DNA of 46,151 nt, from contig CAVPIB010000006.1 in the NCBI GenBank assembly GCA_963704885.1, positions 1 to 46,151 on the forward strand, written 5' to 3'. Below, piece after piece: positions 9,309 to 18,483 of this stretch (position 1 is the stretch's first letter; every line of letters starts with the position of its first letter). The notes below the pieces were generated by a model. It ran no database searches and was not told the DNA's origin. It worked only from the letters and a program-made list of their open reading frames with translations. This DNA is from an uncultured Actinomycetes bacterium (GTDB taxonomy: Bacteria > Actinomycetota > UBA4738 > HRBIN12). The translations under genes were made by a program, and so were the position numbers.

Positions 9309-10252
9309 CTCGCTATCGGCACCGCGTGGTCGCGGAACCAGTCGACCGTCCGCCGTAGGCCGTCCGTGATGCCGACGTCGGGCTCGAAGCCGAACGATCG
9401 TCGCGCGAAGCCGATGTCTGCCTCGCTCCAGCGGATGTCGCCGGTCCGTGCAGGCTCGTAGACGGGATCGGGCTCCGCGCCGCACGCAGCGGCGATCAGT
9501 TCCAGGAGCCGGTTCACCGATGTGGGCTCCGCTCCTCCGCCGATGTTGAAGACCTGACCGCAGGCGATGTCCGGGGCGCGCGCCGCCAGCAGGTTCGCCT
9601 CGACCACGTCGTCGATGAACGTGAAGTCGCGTGCCTGCTCGCCGTCCCCGTACACCACCGGCCGTGTTCCGGTGAGGCATGCCATCGTGAACCGCGGGAC
9701 GACCGCCGCGTACTCGCTGGCCGGGTCCTGCCCCGGTCCGAACACGTTGAAGTAGCGCAGCGCGACCGTCCGGACGCCGTAGCTCTCCCACCAGGCGCGG
9801 CCGTACGCCTCCACGGTCAGCTTCGTGGCCGCGTACGGCGACCGGGGACGCGGCGCCATGTACTCGGTCAGCGGGAACCGCGCCTGATCGCCGTAGACCG
9901 ACGACGACGAGGCGAGGACGACCGAGGCTCCCTGCTCGCGAGCCGCTTGCAACACGTGCAGCGTGCCGAGCACGTTCACCTGGGTGAAGCGCTCGGGCTC
10001 CTCGACCGAGCGCGGCACGGACTTCATGGCCGCCTGATGCAGGATCGCTCCGCATCCGGCCGCCGCCGCCAGCACCGCCTCCCCGTCCCGTAGGTCCGCG
10101 TGCTCGAACCGAACCTCAGGGACGTCTGCCAGGTTCTCCAGCCGGCCCTCGGAAAGGTCGTCGAACCCGACCACCTCGTGACCCTCGGCCACCAAGCGAC
10201 CGCAGAGGTGCGAGCCGATGAACCCGGCGGCTCCGGTGACCAGGACCCTCAA
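9305..10252 (-). CDS. NDP-sugar 4-epimerase (WbpP/TviC-like extended SDR)
   Basis: TGAAGFIGSH, HQAAMKSVPRSV, ASSSSVYG, SPYAATK, LRYFNVFGPGQD, RDFTFIDDVVEAN. Confidence 0.88.
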   Translation of the reverse strand: MRVLVTGAAGFIGSHLCGRLVAEGHEVVGFDDLSEGRLENLADVPEVRFEHADLRDGEAVLAAAAGCGAILHQAAMKSVPRSVEEPERFTQVNVLGTLHVLQAAREQGASVVLASSSSVYGDQARFPLTEYMAPRPRSPYAATKLTVEAYGRAWWESYGVRTVALRYFNVFGPGQDPASEYAAVVPRFTMACLTGTRPVVYGDGEQARDFTFIDDVVEANLLAARAPDIACGQVFNIGGGAEPTSVNRLLELIAAACGAEPDPVYEPARTGDIRWSEADIGFARRSFGFEPDVGITDGLRRTVDWFRDHAVPIAS

Positions 10253-10500
10253 CTGCGGGCGCCCGCCTCGGTCATCAGCTGTCGGAGTGCGGCCTCTGCC
10301 TCCTCGAGCCGACCGAGCAGCTCTCCGAGCTCCGGGGCCGGCAGGTCCGGCTGGGCGTCCAGGCGGCCGATGATCGCCAGGACGAGCTCAAGGGAGCTCC
10401 GTGCCGTCCCCAGGCCGCGACGACACCGGAAGAGCTCGGTGAGGGCCCGCTCGTAGGTGAACGGGATCGGGCGCTCGCCGGTTTCGCTTCGGATGGCCAC
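10249..10500 (-). CDS. Small hypothetical helical protein
   Basis: About 83 aa from GTG 10500, leucine-rich. Its TGA overlaps the TTG start of the epimerase (translational coupling). Start uncertain (ORF track 10566). Confidence 0.5.
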   Translation of the reverse strand: MAIRSETGERPIPFTYERALTELFRCRRGLGTARSSLELVLAIIGRLDAQPDLPAPELGELLGRLEEAEAALRQLMTEAGARS

Positions 10501-10664
10501 GCTCACCCGTGCATCGTGACGGTCCGGCAGCCCCGGGCCCACCCTCGGCGAGCGTAGGAAAAGCACGCCGTTCGACGCATCTCCGCGCCCGCCGACCCGC
10601 GTACGGTGGTCACAACGCCCGGAGAAGGCGGGGTTCTGCCTACCGACGAACGAGAGGATCGAAC

Positions 10665-11114
10665 GTGAAGGTCGCGAAATGCCTGTTCCTCTCGCTGATC
10701 CTCTTACTGATGGTGCCGGGTATCGCTGAAGCCCTAACGGTGGTCAACACCCATACGTCCCTCAGGGCCAGCAAGACGCTGGTGCGGGCCGGCACTTCCG
10801 TGAAGTTCTCCGGCAAACTCAGCGCTTCCCATCGCGATTGCTACAAGCACCAGTCCTTGAAGCTCTATCGGAACGGGGCGCCGGTCGGGACACTCTCGAG
10901 CGGTTGGACCGGCTACTTCTCGTTCACGAAGACGATCTCTGCGAACACCACCTACACCGTGAAGTTCTGGGGGAACATCGTCGGGATGCACCCCAATCAG
11001 AAGCTCTGCACCGCGAGCGGAGCGAGCGCGACCGTGAAGATCTGCGTGCCGCATCATCTGTACCCGCACGCGCTTCCGTTCGATGTCCGAGCAACCCGAA
11101 CCGGCTGCCGGTGA
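10665..11114 (+). CDS. Secreted hypothetical protein (beta-rich, Ser/Thr/Lys-rich)
   Basis: SD GAGAGG before GTG 10665; signal peptide MKVAKCLFLSLILLLMVPGIAEA; alternating beta-strand pattern. Confidence 0.7.
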   Translation: MKVAKCLFLSLILLLMVPGIAEALTVVNTHTSLRASKTLVRAGTSVKFSGKLSASHRDCYKHQSLKLYRNGAPVGTLSSGWTGYFSFTKTISANTTYTVKFWGNIVGMHPNQKLCTASGASATVKICVPHHLYPHALPFDVRATRTGCR

Positions 11115-11137
11115 CCCGGCCTCTCTAAGGCAGTCCG

Positions 11138-12880
11138 TTGGCTCGGTCGACGACGGATCCGAGGAGCGCCGCCGACGCTTCCGAGTTCTGGGAGGCCGCC
11201 CGGAACGCCCGTCCGACCGCTCGCCGGAGACGGCCTCACCTGCTCCGTTGGATCCTGCTGGGTCTGCTCTCACTGCTGTTGCTGTTCATCGCCGACCTGG
11301 CCTGGTCGGGCTGGACCGCGTATGAAGGGTTGCGGACCGCCAAGGTCGAGCTGCAGACCGGCGGCGATCGCCTGGTGGCGGGCAACCTGGGGCAGGCAGA
11401 CGCTGCGTTCCAGCGCGCGGCCGACGCGGGTGATGCGGCTTCCGCGGCCTTCCTGCACCCGGCCGTCCAACTCCTGAGCGTCCTCCCGGGGATCGGTGAC
11501 GACGTCAGCGCCGGCCGGGCACTGTCGGATGCAGCGGCCATGGCGGGACACGGCGGCCTCTCGTTGGTGGATGCCGCGCAGGTCGCAGGGTGGGACGGAG
11601 AACACATACCCGGGTTCGGCGCAGGAGGTCGGATCGACCCCGGCGTCATCCAACGGGCAGCGCCCGCCGTCGCCGAGGCGTCCCAGCTGCTCACCGGTGC
11701 CGCGAACCGTTTGGGGTCGATCGACGTCCGGAGTCTCTACCTACCTGTCGCCGACGCGGTCACCCAAGCGCGGGACGCGTTAGCACCACGGGCGCACCTG
11801 GCGCAGCGCGCAGCGTTGGCTGCGGGACTCCTCCCGGGGTTCCTGGGCGCCGACGGACCGCGCACCTACCTCTTGGTGATGCTCCAGCCGTCGGACCCGC
11901 GCGGCGCGGGCGGCTACCCGGGGATGTACGCGTTGGTCGACGTGGACGGCCGTCGGATCCGGCTCCAGGACCTCCAGCCGACGGGGAGCATCCCGCTGGT
12001 CGACCCGGTCGCGGCGCCACTCGAGGTGCGGCGACGCTACGACGCCCGCGGCTCGCGCATCGCGTTCTGGGACACGACCTACTCCCCCGACTTCCCGACC
12101 GACGCCCGGTTGATGCTCGGTATCTGGGAGGCGGCGGGACACCCACCGGTCGACGGCGTGATCGCCGGCGACGCGAACCTCCTCTCCGGCGTCCTGGAGG
12201 CCACCGGCCCCGTCTCCACCCCGGAGTGGCCCGAGCCGATCACTCCCGGGAACGTCGCGCAGGTCCTGGGCCGGGACACCTACCTCACGACGTCACAGCC
12301 GAAGTCGAACCGGATTCAGACGGCGGTGGGAACCGCGCTCTGGCGATCGGTGTTCACCCGGTCCTGGTCGCCCCAACCGATGCTCTCGGCGATCGGCAAG
12401 GCGACCGGCACACGACACCTGCAGATCTACTCGACCTCGGCAGAGGAGCAACGACTCCTATCGGATCTGGACGTGGACGGCGCGGTGACCTTCTCGGACG
12501 AACAGCCGCCGCTCGTGGTGTTCCAGGGGCTGTCGGCCAGCCGGGCCGGCTACTTCGCGACGTTCCACACGACCACGTCCGAGCGAGCCACCGCGGACGG
12601 GACCGAGGTGACGGTGACGGTGCGCATGCGCAACGAGGCGCCCGACGGGCCGCCCAGCCAGCTGCTCGGACTCCCGGGTGACGCACCGATCGGGCAGTTC
12701 GGGGTCGAGATGGACCTGTACCTGCCGCCGGGTGCGAAGGTGTTGGAGAGCAGCGTCGACGGCGAACTAGGACTCCAACTGGTGGAGCGCGAGTTCGGCC
12801 GGCCGGTCGTCATCCAGTACCTACTCGCCGACGCCGGGGAGACATCGGCGGCGGTCATCCGCTACCTGATCCCTACCTGA
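11138..12880 (+). CDS. DUF4012 domain membrane-anchored protein
   Basis: N-terminal TM, then LPGFLGADGPRTYLLVMLQPSDPRGAGGYPG, SPDFPTDAR and VDGVIA; this family is commonly found beside actinobacterial EPS loci. Confidence 0.85.
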   Translation: MARSTTDPRSAADASEFWEAARNARPTARRRRPHLLRWILLGLLSLLLLFIADLAWSGWTAYEGLRTAKVELQTGGDRLVAGNLGQADAAFQRAADAGDAASAAFLHPAVQLLSVLPGIGDDVSAGRALSDAAAMAGHGGLSLVDAAQVAGWDGEHIPGFGAGGRIDPGVIQRAAPAVAEASQLLTGAANRLGSIDVRSLYLPVADAVTQARDALAPRAHLAQRAALAAGLLPGFLGADGPRTYLLVMLQPSDPRGAGGYPGMYALVDVDGRRIRLQDLQPTGSIPLVDPVAAPLEVRRRYDARGSRIAFWDTTYSPDFPTDARLMLGIWEAAGHPPVDGVIAGDANLLSGVLEATGPVSTPEWPEPITPGNVAQVLGRDTYLTTSQPKSNRIQTAVGTALWRSVFTRSWSPQPMLSAIGKATGTRHLQIYSTSAEEQRLLSDLDVDGAVTFSDEQPPLVVFQGLSASRAGYFATFHTTTSERATADGTEVTVTVRMRNEAPDGPPSQLLGLPGDAPIGQFGVEMDLYLPPGAKVLESSVDGELGLQLVEREFGRPVVIQYLLADAGETSAAVIRYLIPT

Positions 12881-12901
12881 TAGCGGCAGCAGAGACGCGA
12901 A

Positions 12902-12929
12902 GAAGGGGACGCCGAGAGGCGTCCCCTTC
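12902..12929. terminator. Probable bidirectional terminator hairpin
   Basis: GAAGGGGACGCC-GAGA-GGCGTCCCCTTC: perfect 12-bp stem with GNRA loop between convergent genes. Confidence 0.8.
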
Positions 12930-12978
12930 AAGCTCCTCGTGAACCGATTGTCGACCAGTCAGATCCGCGTCGGATCCG

Positions 12979-14679
12979 CTATTTCGTCACACGAACGTTG
13001 CCGAGGTATAGCGCGTCGAGCCCGCATGTGAAGAACGTGCGGATGGCGTCGTCCGGAGAACACACGATGGGCTCCCCGTTCAGATTGAAGCTGGTGTTCA
13101 GCACGATGGGTACCCCTGTGAGCTCCTCGAAGTGACGGATCAGCCCGTAGTAGCGCGGGTTGTCATGAGGAGCGACGGTCTCGAGCCTGCCGCTTCCATC
13201 CACATGCACGACCGAGGGAACCTCCGAACGCTTCTCCGGTCGGAACATATAGACACGCTCCATGAACGGCACCCGAGCGTCCTTTGAACACTCGAAGTAG
13301 TCGCTCACGCGCTCCTCGAGGATCGCCGGTGCAAAGGGGCGGAACGCCTCTCGGAACTTCACGGCCTGGTTCAGCACATCGCGTCCGTCCTCGCGCCGCG
13401 GGTCGAGCAGGATCGAGCGGTTCCCCAGGGCCCGCTGTCCGAACTCCATCCGCCCCTGGAACCACCCGATAATCTTCCCCCCAGCTAGGTCCTCGGCAGC
13501 CCGTCGGGAGGGGTCCTCGACGACCTCTGCGTTCCCCAGCTTGTACCTGCGAGCGGTGTCCAGGCACTCGGCGTCGGTGTACGCAGGACCCCAGTAGTTA
13601 TGACTGGCCATCGGGGGCCGACCACCGGTCCGCATCGTGTGGAGGAACAACGCTGCTCCGACCGAGGTCCCGGAATCGTCGGGCGTCCCGGACACATAGG
13701 ACCGAGCGAACGGAGTCAGCTCCGCGACCTTCCCGTTGAACACGCTGTTCATGAAGCAACCGCCCGAGAGGATCACGCTTTCCAAGCCGGTGCGTTCGTG
13801 GAGCGCCGTTGCCACCTTGCTGACCGTCTCCTCGAACAGACGCTGCATCGCGGCCGCTAGGGCTTCATGGCTCGCCGTGATGGGTTCAGCCCGCAGCCGT
13901 GGCGGTCCGAACTCCTCGACGAACAGGTCGGAGTACATGCGCCGATCGAAGAAGTTGTAGTGCTCGAAGTACTCGAGCGACAGCCGGAACGTGCCGTCCG
14001 CTTCGACGGTGATCAGCTTGTTGAGCCGGTCGTAGACGTCGCCCTCCGGTTCCGCGTAGGACGCGAGCGCCATCACCTTCCATTCGTCCGAATCGGGCTT
14101 GAAGCCCAGGAACTGCGTGACGGCGCCGTAGAACAGACCCAGCGAGTGCGGGTAGTGGATCTCTGACACCACGTCCACTCGAGCGCCGGCGAGCACGCCG
14201 GTCTGCGTGGTGAGGGTCTCCCCGCGCCCGTCCATGACCAGGAACGCGACCGGGTCGTCCGGGCAGACGGTGAGCGCGTTCCCCAGATGGGCGTGGTAGT
14301 GATCCACGAACGTGACGGGCGGCGCTCCTTCCGCGAGGTTGGATAGCGTCATCTCGCCGTTCGGGCTGGTCCCCAGGAGTCCGGCGAGCCGCGCGGGCAC
14401 CTGCGCGAGGTGCTCCGTCCTCCAGCGGCGGGCATCCAGGTAGCCTGCCGGAGTTGACTGCACCTCGATCGCCGGGTTCCACGCGACCGCGATCTCATCG
14501 ATGTCCGTCAGCGCCAGTCCAGCCTCAGCGAGACAACGGCTGATCGCGAGCGTTGGGAACACCCGGCTCTGCTTCTTGCGATCCAGCCGCTCTTCCGGGA
14601 TCGCCGACACGACCTCTCCGTCGACGATCACGGCTGCTGAACAGATGTAGACGTCATGAGCGATGCCGAGGATCTTCAA
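12979..14679 (-). CDS. Carbamoyltransferase, NodU/CmcH/TobZ family
   Basis: EERLDRKK, HYHAH, MDGRGE, HSLGLFY, DEWKVMALASY, GGCFMN, EFGQRALGNRSIL, KFREAFRPFAP, LNTSFNLNGEPIV. Confidence 0.95.
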   Translation of the reverse strand: MKILGIAHDVYICSAAVIVDGEVVSAIPEERLDRKKQSRVFPTLAISRCLAEAGLALTDIDEIAVAWNPAIEVQSTPAGYLDARRWRTEHLAQVPARLAGLLGTSPNGEMTLSNLAEGAPPVTFVDHYHAHLGNALTVCPDDPVAFLVMDGRGETLTTQTGVLAGARVDVVSEIHYPHSLGLFYGAVTQFLGFKPDSDEWKVMALASYAEPEGDVYDRLNKLITVEADGTFRLSLEYFEHYNFFDRRMYSDLFVEEFGPPRLRAEPITASHEALAAAMQRLFEETVSKVATALHERTGLESVILSGGCFMNSVFNGKVAELTPFARSYVSGTPDDSGTSVGAALFLHTMRTGGRPPMASHNYWGPAYTDAECLDTARRYKLGNAEVVEDPSRRAAEDLAGGKIIGWFQGRMEFGQRALGNRSILLDPRREDGRDVLNQAVKFREAFRPFAPAILEERVSDYFECSKDARVPFMERVYMFRPEKRSEVPSVVHVDGSGRLETVAPHDNPRYYGLIRHFEELTGVPIVLNTSFNLNGEPIVCSPDDAIRTFFTCGLDALYLGNVRVTK

Positions 14680-15863
14680 CGTGATCTCCTTCCGACTCCG
14701 AGGTGTATCCGATCCACCGCCGTAGCTACGCGCTCGACCTGTTCATCTGTGAGACCGACCCAGAGGGGCAGAGACAGTGCCTGGTGCGACGCTCGCTCCG
14801 TCACCGGCAACCCTCCGTTGCCCACGGCGATCGAGCGGTATGCCCGCATCGCATGCACCGGTGGGGAGTAGTAGCGACGGGTGTCGATGCCCTCGGCTGT
14901 GAGGGCCATCTGGAGCGTGTCCGCGTCCATCCCGAACCGTTTCTCGTCCACCAGGACCGTCAGATCCTTGTAGGTGCTTCGGTCGCCTTCCAGTACGGTC
15001 GGGAACGCGATCCCAGCTACCTGCGACAACGCCCCTCTGTAGACCGTCGCGAGTTCGTTGCGCATCTCGATCCGCTGTTCCAGATCCTCGAACGACGCGA
15101 GGGCCACCGCTGCATGGAGCTCGGACATCCGTGCGTTGAGCCCGACGAAGCGGCAATCGTAATCCCCCGGATTCGCGTAGTCGCGACCGATGCGGCAACG
15201 CTCGGCAAGCACCTGGTCGTTCGTGGCGATGATGCCGCCCTCTGCCGCGATCAGGAGCTTCGTCGGCGAGAGGCTGAACACCTCGGCGTCCCCGAAGCCC
15301 CCGACATTGTTGCCATCGTGGACCGACCCGAACGCATGAGCCGCGTCGAAGAAGAGGCGGATGCCGTTGCGATGAGCAACCGCAGCCAGGCCCTCGACGT
15401 CGCACGGCGTGCCGTAGATGTGGGTCGCGAGGACCGCCGATGTCCGAACCCCGATCGCATGCGCCACCGCCTCCGGAGAGAGTGTGAGGGTCGCCGGATC
15501 GATATCGGCGAAGCGCGGCACCAAGCCGTTCCAGGCGACGGCGTGCGCTGTTGCCGCGAACGTGAAGGACGGCAGGATCACGTCGCCGGTCAGCTCGGCA
15601 GCCTTGAGCACGAGCATGAGCCCCGATGTGCACGACGAGACGGCGACGCACCGCGCGACACCCAGGTACTCAGCGGCTCGGTCCTCCAGCTTGCGGACGG
15701 CCGCACCATTGGTCATGGCTCCGCCGCGGAGGATCTGCGCCACCATTCGGCCTACAGCGTCGGGATCCGGCACGCGGGGTCGAGCGAGCGGTAGCACGTC
15801 GGGGAACAAGGGCTCCCCGCCGAGGATGGCGGGGAGCAGGGGATGATTCAGCGCAGCATCCAT
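14676..15863 (-). CDS. DegT/DnrJ/EryC1/StrS PLP-dependent sugar aminotransferase
   Basis: VSSCTSGL, PSFTFAATAHA, FDAAHAFGS, FSLSPTK..AEGG, GLNARMSELHAA. Confidence 0.95.
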   Translation of the reverse strand: MDAALNHPLLPAILGGEPLFPDVLPLARPRVPDPDAVGRMVAQILRGGAMTNGAAVRKLEDRAAEYLGVARCVAVSSCTSGLMLVLKAAELTGDVILPSFTFAATAHAVAWNGLVPRFADIDPATLTLSPEAVAHAIGVRTSAVLATHIYGTPCDVEGLAAVAHRNGIRLFFDAAHAFGSVHDGNNVGGFGDAEVFSLSPTKLLIAAEGGIIATNDQVLAERCRIGRDYANPGDYDCRFVGLNARMSELHAAVALASFEDLEQRIEMRNELATVYRGALSQVAGIAFPTVLEGDRSTYKDLTVLVDEKRFGMDADTLQMALTAEGIDTRRYYSPPVHAMRAYRSIAVGNGGLPVTERASHQALSLPLWVGLTDEQVERVATAVDRIHLGVGRRSR

Positions 15864-15923
15864 GCAGCCTCCGGTTCGAGGGATCGCGGTTCGACTGATT
15901 GAGGTCGGGTCAGAAGCGGGGCT

Positions 15924-16547
15924 TCAGGGCGTCCCGGTGAAGTCCTCGACGGTGGCCGAGCCCGGTTGCCTGATCCCCACCCTGCGGAGAACCAACCCGA
16001 CCGTCTTCAGGAGGATCTCGAGATCGAGCGCGAAGGATCGGTGGTCGACGTACCAGACATCCAGCGCGAACTTCTGATCCCAATCGAGGGCGTTCCGCCC
16101 GTGGACCTGCGCCCACCCCGTCATCCCAGGGCGTACATCGTGGCGCCGAGCCTGTTCCGCCGTGTACCGGTCGAGATACTGCATCAGCAGTGGCCGTGGG
16201 CCCACCAGGCTCATGTCGCCACGCACGACGTTCCAGAGTTCAGGGAGTTCATCCAGACTCGCCGCGCGGAGGACGCGACCGAGAGGCATCAGGCGATCCC
16301 CATCGGAGAGGACCTCTCCGCTGGGATCGCGCAGATCCCGCATGGTCCGGAACTTGAAGATCATGAACGGCTGGCCATGCAGCCCGGGTCGTACCTGCCG
16401 GAACAGCACCGGCTTCCCGAGCCCGAGCCGGACGCCGATCGCAACCGCCCCCATGACCGGCGCCAAGACGATCAACGCCGACCCTGCGACCACGACGTCG
16501 AAGGCTCGTTTCAGGTCGTCGTAGCCCGTCGCACGTGCGGTTCTCAT
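15924..16547 (-). CDS. Initiating polyprenyl-phosphate phosphoglycosyltransferase (PglC/EpsL-like)
   Basis: KRAFDV, FRQVRPG, KFRTM, SLDELPELWNV..GDMSLVGPRP, RPGMTGWAQVHGRN, DVWYV. Confidence 0.95.
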   Translation of the reverse strand: MRTARATGYDDLKRAFDVVVAGSALIVLAPVMGAVAIGVRLGLGKPVLFRQVRPGLHGQPFMIFKFRTMRDLRDPSGEVLSDGDRLMPLGRVLRAASLDELPELWNVVRGDMSLVGPRPLLMQYLDRYTAEQARRHDVRPGMTGWAQVHGRNALDWDQKFALDVWYVDHRSFALDLEILLKTVGLVLRRVGIRQPGSATVEDFTGTP

Positions 16548-17698
16548 CGCGGTCGAGCGAGCAGCGATTCGCTCGCTCCGACCACGGTCCGCGTCACACG
16601 CCGTTCATCGAACAGCTCTTCTGCACGCACGCGGGCCGCACGGCCCAGCGCGCCACGAGCTGCTGGATCCTCGAGTAGCGCGACGATCGCGTTCGCCAAC
16701 GCTGGAGCGTCCTTCACGGGAACAAGCGCTCCTTCAACGCCGTCGCGCGCCACTTCACGACAACCACGGATGTCGGTTAGCACGAGCGGCAGCCCACTGG
16801 CCGCTGCCTCGATCGCTGAACGAGGCAGCCCCTCACGCCACGAAGGCAACACGAACACATCCATCAGTGCCATCAGATCCGCGATGTCCTCGCGCCACCC
16901 TGTGAAGACCACCTCTCGACCGGCCGTCGCGAAGACAGCGCTCGACACCGCGTCGCTCTTGTCTCCGTCGCGCTCCCCCACAGCCAGGAAACGGACGTTG
17001 GGGACCCGCGCGGCGACGGCGCGCGAGGCTTCGAAGAACTCGCCCCAACCCTTCTCCATCACCATCCGGCCGACCGCACCCACCACGAGCTCGTCCTCGG
17101 AGATGCCGAGCTCGGCGCGGAGCTTCCGCACACGCTCCTCGGAGCCGCGATCGGGCGTGAACTCGGTGATGTCGATGCCGTTTCCCAGATAGAGGGAACG
17201 CCCTCGGCGGACGATGTGCAGTCTTCTCGCCCACGCGAGGTCCTCGCTCGACTGATAGAGCTCCAGGTCGCTGAACCGCGCCGCGATCCACTCAGCGACC
17301 AGCACCGGCACCCGTCGGCGGGGTCGATCCTCGGGCGTCGCGTAGAAGCCGTGGACGGTGTTGGCGATAGAGGGGACCCCGGTGAGCCGCGCGGCGATCC
17401 GGCCCAGCACGCCGGGCTTCGGGTTGTGCGTGTGGACCATGTCGAATCGCTCCCGTCGCAGGATGGCGAGGAGCTGGAAGAAGGCCCTCACGTCGGCCCT
17501 CGGGTTCCACGCCCGCGTCGCACCGGCCCACGGGATGTGCCGGATGCCGTGAGCCTCGAGCTCCGTTACCCACGGCCCTGGAGCGCTGATGCCGGTCACA
17601 TCGAATCCCGCGTCGCGCAGAGCCACGAGCTGCGGTAGCAACAGGGATCGGAGGCTGAGATCGACGGTCGTGATGTGAGCAACCCGGGGCCTGGTCAC
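16544..17698 (-). CDS. Glycosyltransferase family 4 (PglA/CapM-like)
   Basis: VHTHNPKPGVLGRIAA, GNGID, VGRMVMEKG, FVLPSWREGLPRSAIEAAASG, TDIRGCREV. Confidence 0.93.
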   Translation of the reverse strand: MTRPRVAHITTVDLSLRSLLLPQLVALRDAGFDVTGISAPGPWVTELEAHGIRHIPWAGATRAWNPRADVRAFFQLLAILRRERFDMVHTHNPKPGVLGRIAARLTGVPSIANTVHGFYATPEDRPRRRVPVLVAEWIAARFSDLELYQSSEDLAWARRLHIVRRGRSLYLGNGIDITEFTPDRGSEERVRKLRAELGISEDELVVGAVGRMVMEKGWGEFFEASRAVAARVPNVRFLAVGERDGDKSDAVSSAVFATAGREVVFTGWREDIADLMALMDVFVLPSWREGLPRSAIEAAASGLPLVLTDIRGCREVARDGVEGALVPVKDAPALANAIVALLEDPAARGALGRAARVRAEELFDERRVTRTVVGASESLLARPR

Positions 17699-18483
17699 AA
17701 CTTCCCCCAAGGGCCCCGTCTGAGAGCGCGATACAGGAACCGCTCGCTGTCGAGCTCGCCGCGGACCTTCCGCCGGAAGAAGAACCGACCGTCACTCCGA
17801 AGGACAGGCACGCGGCCGAGCCGATACGGGTCGATGCGTCCGGCACGGTTGGTCTTCCAGGCGTCGAGGGCGGCCGATCGGAACAGACGCCGCGCCGCAC
17901 GCTCTGCATGCGGCGATGCCACGCACCACGGATACGCGAAGTGTCGGCAGGCGGTCCCGAGCTGATCCTCGATCAGCTCTTTGCTCCGACGCATCTCGTC
18001 CTCGGCCTCCACCTCGGTCGCCCTCGACAGGTTGATATGGCTGTCCGTGTGGGAACCGACGGAGACGAGCCCCGTTCCGACGGCCGCCCGCAACTGAGGC
18101 CACGTAAGGGCATCGGCCTCAGGAGGCGTGGTGCCATCCGCGACCAGACCGGTGGCGAGATAAAGGTGCGCCGGGATCCGATGTTTCACCAGCAGCGGGA
18201 GGACCACGTCGTGGAAGTCCCGATACCCGTCGTCGAACGTCACCACGACTCCGCCCGCGTGCTCGTTGTCGAGAGCCTCGTCCAACGTGAGGACGTGCTG
18301 GGTGGCGCCGAGCTCTACCAGCTGATGTTCGAAGATATCTGCCGGTAGTTCGATCTCAGACCGACCCTCTCCTACCCGGTGGTACAAGAGCACGACGACG
18401 TCGCCTTGCCGTCGCCGCGCCGGCATCCCCAGTGGGGTGACGACCGCCTTCGATGCCTTCCGGGCCACGCTCAGCACGGTCAC
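17695..18483 (-). CDS. Polysaccharide deacetylase (NodB/IcaB-like)
   Basis: LLYHRV, VVTFDDGYRD, GSHTDSH, FAYPW; GTG start at 18483 overlaps the upstream TGA. Confidence 0.9.
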   Translation of the reverse strand: MTVLSVARKASKAVVTPLGMPARRRQGDVVVLLYHRVGEGRSEIELPADIFEHQLVELGATQHVLTLDEALDNEHAGGVVVTFDDGYRDFHDVVLPLLVKHRIPAHLYLATGLVADGTTPPEADALTWPQLRAAVGTGLVSVGSHTDSHINLSRATEVEAEDEMRRSKELIEDQLGTACRHFAYPWCVASPHAERAARRLFRSAALDAWKTNRAGRIDPYRLGRVPVLRSDGRFFFRRKVRGELDSERFLYRALRRGPWGKL

